From Candidatus Poseidoniaceae archaeon (GTDB taxonomy: Archaea; Thermoplasmatota; Poseidoniia; Poseidoniales; Poseidoniaceae): DNA of 32,000 bases. The notes under the pieces are model-generated. The model was not told where the DNA came from. It saw only the letters and a program-made list of their open reading frames with translations, and did not search any database. Within the stretch, counting starts at the first letter, position 1. Every line of letters starts with the position of its first letter. Shown in pieces: positions 8,524 to 15,240 of this stretch. The stretch spans positions 180,001-212,000 of the forward strand of contig CALSTM010000001.1 of assembly GCA_943789275.1 (NCBI GenBank), in the 5' to 3' direction. Both the position numbers and the translations under genes were made by a program.

Positions 8524-9504
8524 ATGGGAAAATACGATGGCTATCTGCAGGGTTTGAGCCTTGCAGCCATCCTTGTCCTTGCTCCTATTGCTTTACAATC
8601 CATTTTGACCGATGATTCGGAAGTGGTCTATGTCTTGGTGCCTGGGGAAGATGAAACCACCACGGTGTACATCGAAAACAACACGTCCACCAACGATGCT
8701 CGGGCGCCAGAACTGAACCGTTCAGAAGTCGCTCGAATCGCATCGTTCAACATCAAAGTGTTCGGTGAAACAAAGATGAGTAAGCCTGCAGTGGTTGATG
8801 CACTGGTCGATATTGTCCTCACCTATGACCTGGTTGCCGTTCAAGAAATCAAAGACATTGACCAAACAGTTCCTTACGATTTCCTTGATGCCATTAACGC
8901 CAAATCAACAACAACATGGGAAATGCTTCTCAGTCCACGAAGCGGATTGCAGGAGGACGACCAATCCTCACAGGAACAGTATGCGTTTTATTACAATGCT
9001 TCGGTATTCCGTTCGATTGGAAACGGGACATTGCACAACGACAGCGTCAACGATGATTTTCAACGTGAACCGTTCATTGGCCAATTCGAAGTTCTTGACT
9101 CAAACGGTACTGGGACCGGCTTTGATTTGAGTCTCATCACCGTTCACACGAAGCCAGGTGATGAAACCATCGGAGAAATCAACGCTCTTCACCATGTGGT
9201 CAACACCTATTTGGAGAACAATTCCGGGGAGCAAGAAGTTGTTCTTCTTGGAGATTTTAATGCAGCATGCTCCTATGTGTCTTCCAATGAGTTATCCAAT
9301 TCCCCTCTTGCACATTCAAATTATACTTGGCTCATCGAAAACAATGTCGATACAACCGTTTCCGACAGTTATTGTGCGTACGATCGAATCGTCACCAACG
9401 GCGACCTTGATGGGCGCTTAGTTGGGACTTGGGGCGTTGATACTTCGTTCTCAGACAGCGATATATCCGACCATTATCCCATCTGGTTCGACATCAAGCG
9501 ATGA
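8524..9504 (+). CDS. Secreted or membrane-anchored DNase I-family endonuclease (EEP superfamily)
   Basis: There is near-motif-for-motif similarity to bovine DNase I as I remember it: FNIKVFGETKMS, QREP, ITVHTKP, LLGDFNAACSYV, WLIENNVDTT, CAYDRIV and ISDHYPI. The N-terminal hydrophobic segment is LSLAAILVLAPIAL. I prefer start ATG 8524 over the track's TTG 8494. Confidence 0.88.
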   Translation: MGKYDGYLQGLSLAAILVLAPIALQSILTDDSEVVYVLVPGEDETTTVYIENNTSTNDARAPELNRSEVARIASFNIKVFGETKMSKPAVVDALVDIVLTYDLVAVQEIKDIDQTVPYDFLDAINAKSTTTWEMLLSPRSGLQEDDQSSQEQYAFYYNASVFRSIGNGTLHNDSVNDDFQREPFIGQFEVLDSNGTGTGFDLSLITVHTKPGDETIGEINALHHVVNTYLENNSGEQEVVLLGDFNAACSYVSSNELSNSPLAHSNYTWLIENNVDTTVSDSYCAYDRIVTNGDLDGRLVGTWGVDTSFSDSDISDHYPIWFDIKR

Positions 9505-10320
9505 TTAGATTCCACGCAATCGTCCACCGTCTACCGCTAAACTGACACCACGGATTCCGCCTGACGCAGGAAGCGAGAGGAACGTGATTGCAGATGCCGT
9601 TTCAAGCGGCTCAATCAGTCGCTCAATAGGAACTTGACTCATCCAACTGTTGTGCACTTCTTCCACACTCTTTCCAGTGCGCTGATTGATCGACGAGGCC
9701 AATGAACCTAAACGTTCAGTGTTGGTGAAACCAGGCAGTACGTTGTTGATGGTAATGCACGGTGGCAGTTCCCTCGACAAACTCTTGGCCCATGACGCCA
9801 TTGCCCCGCGAAGGGTATTGGAGAGCCCAATGTTTGGGATCGGTTCCTTAACTGAAGTGGAGATGATTTGGACAATGCGGCCGTATCCCTCTTGTTCCAT
9901 ACCAGGGGTGATGAGTTGGGTCAGGGTGTGAGCAGCATGCAGATGACGTTTGAACGGTGCTTCAAAGTCATCAAGTGTGTTCTCGAGAAGTGGACCTCCG
10001 GGAGGCCCGCCTGCGTTGTTGATAAGAATGTGAACGGGTCCTCGTTGTTGAAGCAGTTCACCAATGGTTTCTCGAATCGATTCCGTATCTTCAAGGTCCA
10101 ATGCAAGGGCTTGATGATGGCCACTGCCGAGGGATTCCAACTCTTGGCATACTTGTTTCAAAGCCTCTTCGTTTCGAGCACAGACGGTGACATCAGCACC
10201 AGCTTTAGCGAGCATTTTGGCAGTTGCAGCACCTATCCCCTTGCTTGCTCCACATACCAATGCATGCTTACCAGTAAGAGCACGGGTTGAGTAGGGGTAG
10301 TCGTTACCGAGGAGGTCCAT
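9505..10320 (-). CDS. Short-chain dehydrogenase/reductase family protein (FabG/BKR-like, atypical active site)
   Basis: It has a Rossmann motif CGASKGIG, an NNAG block and PGFTNT. The position of the canonical Y-x3-K reads S-N-T-L-R (9808-9822). Confidence 0.85.
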   Translation of the reverse strand: MDLLGNDYPYSTRALTGKHALVCGASKGIGAATAKMLAKAGADVTVCARNEEALKQVCQELESLGSGHHQALALDLEDTESIRETIGELLQQRGPVHILINNAGGPPGGPLLENTLDDFEAPFKRHLHAAHTLTQLITPGMEQEGYGRIVQIISTSVKEPIPNIGLSNTLRGAMASWAKSLSRELPPCITINNVLPGFTNTERLGSLASSINQRTGKSVEEVHNSWMSQVPIERLIEPLETASAITFLSLPASGGIRGVSLAVDGGRLRGI

Positions 10321-10360
10321 GTACTCGGCAGACGGTACTGTTCAAAGGCTCTTCTGTTGT

Positions 10361-11107
10361 TCAAAGCCAGTCAAGAATGGCGTCCAATTGGACCAACCAA
10401 TCATCCGATGCCACATCAATAACGGAATAATGGTCTCCTGGTAACCACAATTTTTGGACATCAGTTCCCTTTGCAGACATCACTCGGGCGTATGTTTCCG
10501 ACTGTTCTTTAGGCACATCGGTATCTCTCTCGCCGTGTATCAGTAAGACCGGAGCCACAGGTGAATGATCCACGGGGTTCAATTGACTCCAAAGTGAAGG
10601 GTTTTCTTCAGGGCTGCACCCAATCCATCTGCGTACAGCATCCCCCTCGTCCGAGAGACGAGCACTGTCAGCACTCACCAAGTCCGTTAGCGGTGCTTGA
10701 GCAATGGCCAACCACGGTTTTCGTTCTGCCTTTGATGCGAGTAGGAGCGCGAGTTGACCACCGGCAGAGTGGCCCATGACCATTGAACGTGTGATGTCGA
10801 TGCCTGGGAGTAGAGCCAATTGCCCCCATGCTCGAAGGACATCCGATAAGGTGTCCATCCAAACGCCTTCATCACCTTCACTCCATCCCTTGAATTCAAT
10901 GTTCCATGCGGCAACTCCTGCTTCTGCAAGGTCTTGCGCAATTGGTTTCATCAATTCACTGGTCCACTTGGTTTTCCAAAAGCCACCATGGATGAGCATT
11001 ATGCACGGTATTCCCACATTTTTCTGGTAGGGCGAAGGGTCGTCCGGCATGTACAAATCTGCATATTGCCATTCTTCAGCACCCCATTGCATGCGGTCGA
11101 CGGCCAT
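10361..11107 (-). CDS. Alpha/beta-hydrolase (esterase/arylformamidase-like)
   Basis: 248 aa. It has the oxyanion block MLIHGGFW, the nucleophile elbow GHSAGG, and a late HGERD..D..H region. Confidence 0.75.
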   Translation of the reverse strand: MAVDRMQWGAEEWQYADLYMPDDPSPYQKNVGIPCIMLIHGGFWKTKWTSELMKPIAQDLAEAGVAAWNIEFKGWSEGDEGVWMDTLSDVLRAWGQLALLPGIDITRSMVMGHSAGGQLALLLASKAERKPWLAIAQAPLTDLVSADSARLSDEGDAVRRWIGCSPEENPSLWSQLNPVDHSPVAPVLLIHGERDTDVPKEQSETYARVMSAKGTDVQKLWLPGDHYSVIDVASDDWLVQLDAILDWL

Positions 11108-11152
11108 ATGAGTCTCTCAGCATACATCGTCTATCACCCTTACTCTTCACAA

Positions 11153-11650
11153 ATGAATACAAGATTTGAAGTGCAGAAGCCCGCAGTTAACCGTATGAAC
11201 AATCCACTTGACATCAAAATAAAAACCATGGACGGCGAGAACACAACGCTGAGAGCACTCGGCAAAGTAGGAACAGAACATTGGGTCGTGGTGAACGTGG
11301 CAAGTGCGTGTGGTTTCACACGGCAATACGCAGGCCTCCAGACTCTGTCTCAGCAAGAAGCAGTCACCGTTGTAGGTTTTCCTTGCAATCAATTTGGGGC
11401 CCAAGAACCGGGTACACATCATGAGATTTGTGATTTCACAGCTGGAAAATTTGGGGTTGACTTTCCACTTATGGCGAAAATTGATGTGAAGGGAGATGCA
11501 TCTTCGCCTTTATTCCAAGAACTCTCAACGTCTTCGGATGCTTCTGGATACGCTGGTGACATACGATGGAATTTCGAAAAGTTCGTCATCAACACAGACG
11601 GTCAAGTTTCAAGATTCACCAGCCGGGATGAACCTGAAGACTTGCTGTGA
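11153..11650 (+). CDS. Glutathione peroxidase family protein (Cys-type)
   Basis: VVNVASACGFT, GFPCNQFGAQEPG and IRWNFEKFVI are the three GPx signature blocks; the peroxidatic residue is Cys (tgt), not Sec. The track start 10934 overlaps the divergent hydrolase gene and is rejected. The start is either ATG 11153 or ATG 11195. Confidence 0.87.
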   Translation: MNTRFEVQKPAVNRMNNPLDIKIKTMDGENTTLRALGKVGTEHWVVVNVASACGFTRQYAGLQTLSQQEAVTVVGFPCNQFGAQEPGTHHEICDFTAGKFGVDFPLMAKIDVKGDASSPLFQELSTSSDASGYAGDIRWNFEKFVINTDGQVSRFTSRDEPEDLL

Positions 11651-11653
11651 GTT

Positions 11654-12319
11654 TCACTCAAGGTCAAAGGCGCCGGGTTTGAAGACCCAACGGTACTCGT
11701 CCTCTCGGTCGTAGTAGGCTTTCACACGAGGGTCGTTGGCAACTTTATCGTGGTACTTCAAAAGTGAAGGGTAGGCTTGGGCCATTGAGGTGTCAATACC
11801 GTCAAACTGTCCTGAAAACATCATGAAAATGTTGAGGAAGGCCTTGACATCTGCAAGCGTCATGTCCTCAGTATCTGCTAACCAACCGGTCGTTGAATCG
11901 TTAAACAGTGCTTCCAAGTCTTTCAAGCCAAGGTCCAGCTTTGTTCCTTCAACAAACAGAGCCTGGCGGGCAGCAATTCGCTCATCAAGGTCTTGAATTC
12001 TGAACGTAGGGGTGAAATCGGTTCTCCAGCCTTGGATGAGTTCGAGGATTTCGTCGACTTTGCCTCGTACAAAGAGGTCTTCAGGTTCAAGGCCAGCAAC
12101 TGCAGCAGCATAACGCATCAAAGCATTCGATTCTGCAATCGTACCTTGTGGCGTCTTGAGGACCGGTAAGTAGCCCCATGGGAGTTCTCCGCTTTCTTTG
12201 AGAGCCTGATAGCCATCCCAATCGACGGTTGTGTTTTTCCAAGGTAACTCTGAGATTTCTAAACAAAAGCGAGTAGGTTCGGCATATCCAGGAGAGTCGA
12301 AGTAAATCAGTTCGTGCAT
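11654..12319 (-). CDS. Glutathione S-transferase family protein
   Basis: 221 aa. The thioredoxin-like N-domain carries LPVLKTPQGTIAESNALMRYAA (the ES-x-AI-x-RY type G-site), followed by a helical C-domain. Confidence 0.8.
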   Translation of the reverse strand: MHELIYFDSPGYAEPTRFCLEISELPWKNTTVDWDGYQALKESGELPWGYLPVLKTPQGTIAESNALMRYAAAVAGLEPEDLFVRGKVDEILELIQGWRTDFTPTFRIQDLDERIAARQALFVEGTKLDLGLKDLEALFNDSTTGWLADTEDMTLADVKAFLNIFMMFSGQFDGIDTSMAQAYPSLLKYHDKVANDPRVKAYYDREDEYRWVFKPGAFDLE

Positions 12320-12364
12320 GGGAAGCGCTCAAAGCGGCGGTTCAAGAAGACTTCGCCAAGTGAA

Positions 12365-13798
12365 TCAAGGGCTGACTCTGCGACGGTCACGTGGGAACAA
12401 GACCGTTTCTCGAACGTTCTTTGAGCCAGTGAGTTTCATCAAGATTCGCTCCACGCCCAAGCCCCATCCTGCGTGAGGTGGGACGCCGTGACGGAATCCT
12501 GCGACATAGAACTCAAACTCTTCTGGGTCGAGTTCCATTGCCTTGAGGTTCTCAATCAAGACATCCATTCGGTGTTCTCTTTGACCACCAGAAGTAAGTT
12601 CATCGCGGCCAAAGTTGAGATCAAAACCTCGACTGAGTTGCCGACCAGTGCTGCCATCTTCTCCTTCGACGTGATGGATGTAGAACGGTTTAAGTTCCAT
12701 TGGCCATCGAGGTAAGAAGTAGAACTGTGGCAAATCTTCAGCCAAAAGGTCCGAGTTTTCGGCGTCGATATCGTCGCCCCATTCTATTTTTCCACCTTTG
12801 CGCTGAATGGTGTCAATGGCATCGCAGTAGGAAAGTCTTGGGAACGGCAACTCGGGTACGATGACTTCGATTGGTTCTTCATCTTGAGTCGCCCGATATG
12901 CATTGATTGTAGCGATATGCTGTTGCGATTCAGAATCTTCAGAAACCGATTGCCACATGTGGTGAATCATGCGTTCAAGAACGCCCATGACGTCGTCATC
13001 GTTGGCCCAAGAGCATTCGATATCAAACGAAATGAATTCATTCAAGTGCCGATAGGTATCGTGCTTTTCGGCACGGAACGCAGGCCCGATTTCAAACACT
13101 CTTTCCAGTCCTCCAGACATGCACAGTTGCTTGAACAACTGTGGTGATTGATTGAGGAATGCGGGGGTGTCAAAGTACATCATTGGGAACAAGTCTGTTC
13201 CACCTTCGGTTGCAGTCGCCACAATCTTGGGCGTGTGGGTTTCAAAGAACCCTTCGTTGATCAGCGCTTCACGTCCGTACTGGAGAATCTTACCTCGCAA
13301 GTGGAACATTGCGTTGACGTGTGAGCGTCGCAGGTCGAGGAATCGGTTGTCGAGCCTTGTATCAAGTGCAACGTGCACGGTGTCGGTCACACCGAGCGGA
13401 AGAGGTGCTTCGGCACGTGCAATGACGTTCACTGAGGTGGCAATGACTTCGTAGGCGGGCGGTGGTGTTGGCTCGCCTTCCTTGGTCTTAGGTGGACGCT
13501 TTTCCGAGACTGTGCCGGTGAATTGCAAAGTGGATTCACGGGTCATTCGCTGAACCATATCGAGTTCGTCTTCCCCGATGTTGTCTTTCTTGAGGAATAT
13601 TTGAGTTGTGCCCGTTCCGTCTCGCAGGTCGACAAAGCATATGGCGCCCTTGCCTCTGTTGGCTTCCATGAATCCTGATACGGTGACTTCTTGGTCAATG
13701 AGTTCAGCGCCTTTGCTTTGAATTTCACCAAGTGTGTGTGTTCGGTATGCCGTCGGGACCCAAGTGCTCATATGACACGGGGTATGGGTAGAGGACAT
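12365..13798 (-). CDS. aspS: Aspartate--tRNA ligase, archaeal/eukaryotic type (class IIb)
   Basis: It has an OB-fold N-domain (VTVSGFMEANRGKGAICFVDLRDGTG), motif 2 FRAEKHDTYRHLNEF, and motif 3 GWGLGVERIL. The start is uncertain: TTG 13801, ATG 13798 or ATG 13771. Confidence 0.93.
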   Translation of the reverse strand: MSSTHTPCHMSTWVPTAYRTHTLGEIQSKGAELIDQEVTVSGFMEANRGKGAICFVDLRDGTGTTQIFLKKDNIGEDELDMVQRMTRESTLQFTGTVSEKRPPKTKEGEPTPPPAYEVIATSVNVIARAEAPLPLGVTDTVHVALDTRLDNRFLDLRRSHVNAMFHLRGKILQYGREALINEGFFETHTPKIVATATEGGTDLFPMMYFDTPAFLNQSPQLFKQLCMSGGLERVFEIGPAFRAEKHDTYRHLNEFISFDIECSWANDDDVMGVLERMIHHMWQSVSEDSESQQHIATINAYRATQDEEPIEVIVPELPFPRLSYCDAIDTIQRKGGKIEWGDDIDAENSDLLAEDLPQFYFLPRWPMELKPFYIHHVEGEDGSTGRQLSRGFDLNFGRDELTSGGQREHRMDVLIENLKAMELDPEEFEFYVAGFRHGVPPHAGWGLGVERILMKLTGSKNVRETVLFPRDRRRVSP

Positions 13799-13895
13799 CA
13801 ACCATTCGTTCCTCTTCTCTTGTCTGACAGCGCTTGAGTGCGTATAATACTCCGATATATGCCTTCTAAGAATATTCGAGGGCCTGTTTAAGCGG

Positions 13896-13909
13896 TTTAT
13901 TCATATATG
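13896..13909 (+). promoter_or_regulatory. TATA box (TTTATTCATATATG) centred about 27 nt upstream of the metK ATG, implying a leaderless mRNA
   Basis: This is an A/T-rich element in the 131-nt divergent spacer. It shares the TTCATATA core with the element at 20240-20249. Confidence 0.5.
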
Positions 13910-13929
13910 CCGGGCAAAGCGCCACTGCC

Positions 13930-15168
13930 ATGACTGGAGACCTCTTTTCGTCCGAATCCGTAACTCGCGGCCATCCTGACAAGCTATGCGACACCATTTC
14001 AGACGCCATTGTCGATGCTTGCTTGGCAGTCGATAGCCACGCACGTGTTGCAGTTGAAACATGTGTGAAAGGCAAGGAAGATATGGGATTGATTGTGCTG
14101 GCAGGTGAAGTCTCACTGAGCGGCGCAGCCCCTGATTATGAGGCAGTGGCTCGAGAGGCAGCAGCTCAAGTTGGTTATACATCGCATGCAATCGGCATGG
14201 ATGCGACAACATCACAGTACACCGAAGTCCAAGTTCACATCACAACCCAGTCGTCCTACATCGCTCAAGGTGTCAACCAAGATATGCTCTCACAAGGCGC
14301 GGGCGACCAAGGTTTGATGTTTGGATATGCGTGTACTGAAACCGAAGATTTCGAAGATTTGAAGGGTCGATATTTCCCATTGGCAGCAGCACTATCACAA
14401 AGGCTCACTCGCCGACTTACTGCTGTTCGTGAACAAGGAATCCTTCCATGGTCGAGACCGGACGGAAAATCCCAAGTGACCGTTGAATACGACGACGATG
14501 GTAACATCTCTCGTGTCCACACCGTGATTATCGCCATTCAGCACGATGACAAGTTGAAAGACCAATTTGATGGCTCTGAAGAGAAAGAATTGGCCTATGT
14601 GCGCGAGCAAGTACTCGAACACGTCGTCAAGAATGTGATTCCCGCCAATCTTTTGGATGAGGATTGCACTTTGGTGGTCAACGGCACAGGCCGATTTGCA
14701 GACCCTGGAGGTCCATATGCTGATGCAGGTTTGACAGGACGCAAAATCATCGTGGACACGTACGGCGGTATGGGCCGTCACGGTGGTGGCGCTTTCTCAG
14801 GAAAAGACCCGTCCAAAGTTGATCGTTCTGCAGCTTATGCATCACGTTGGGCTGCCAAGCACATCGTCGCTTCAGGACTCGCATCTCGCTGCGAAATTCA
14901 ATTGGCTTATGTCATAGGAATTGCAGAACCTGTCAGCGTTCGAGTCGAAACCTTCGGCACATCCCGCATTCCAGAACGTGAACTCGCCGAGCGTGTCAAA
15001 TCCACATTCGACTTCCGCCCGGGAGCAATTGCACGAGATCTCAAACTCCTCAACCCAATCTATTCAGTAACTGCCTCCGGCGGTCACTTCGGTCGAAACC
15101 CAGGCACCGATGGAAGTTTCCCTTGGGAGCAAATTGAACAAGACCGAATCGACTCGCTCATCAACTAA
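13930..15168 (+). CDS. metK: S-adenosylmethionine synthetase, bacterial/eukaryotic MetK type
   Basis: LFSSESVTRGHPDKLCDTISDAIVDA, GAGDQGLMFGYA, GGGAFSGKDPSKVDRSAAY and a GGHFGR-type tail are canonical MetK. Confidence 0.95.
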   Translation: MTGDLFSSESVTRGHPDKLCDTISDAIVDACLAVDSHARVAVETCVKGKEDMGLIVLAGEVSLSGAAPDYEAVAREAAAQVGYTSHAIGMDATTSQYTEVQVHITTQSSYIAQGVNQDMLSQGAGDQGLMFGYACTETEDFEDLKGRYFPLAAALSQRLTRRLTAVREQGILPWSRPDGKSQVTVEYDDDGNISRVHTVIIAIQHDDKLKDQFDGSEEKELAYVREQVLEHVVKNVIPANLLDEDCTLVVNGTGRFADPGGPYADAGLTGRKIIVDTYGGMGRHGGGAFSGKDPSKVDRSAAYASRWAAKHIVASGLASRCEIQLAYVIGIAEPVSVRVETFGTSRIPERELAERVKSTFDFRPGAIARDLKLLNPIYSVTASGGHFGRNPGTDGSFPWEQIEQDRIDSLIN

Positions 15169-15240
15169 AAAAGCCAGTATTGAACGGCCCGAAAGGCCGA
15201 TTCACTCAAGTGGTATGCATGGCTGGCTTGACTTGGTCTT

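Noticed and set aside
10361-11107. The idea that the HGGFW/GHSAGG hydrolase is a kynurenine formamidase linking to the LigB/ALDH genes in a tryptophan or aminophenol degradation pathway
   Set aside because: The motifs are generic for the esterase/lipase branch of alpha/beta hydrolases. The gene lies 5-10 kb from the dioxygenase and ALDH genes, separated from them by unrelated genes (TPR-like protein, DNase, SDR). Nothing in the sequence supports a pathway link.
10934-11152. The 5' extension of the GPx ORF (track start 10934)
   Set aside because: It overlaps 174 nt of the divergently transcribed alpha/beta-hydrolase gene (10361..11107). GPx homology begins only around residue 88. The real start must be ATG 11153 or 11195.
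15185-15199. The hairpin CGGCC-CGAAA-GGCCG after metK (nested within the 7-bp inverted repeat 15171-15177 / 15223-15229), and a similar 6-bp hairpin CTCGCT-TGTG-AGCGAG at 25896-25911 after lonB, as intrinsic terminators
   Set aside because: The stems are only 5-6 bp and are not followed by a T-tract. Archaeal termination relies mainly on oligo-T signals, which are absent here. These could be RNA-stability or processing elements, but the evidence is too thin to call.
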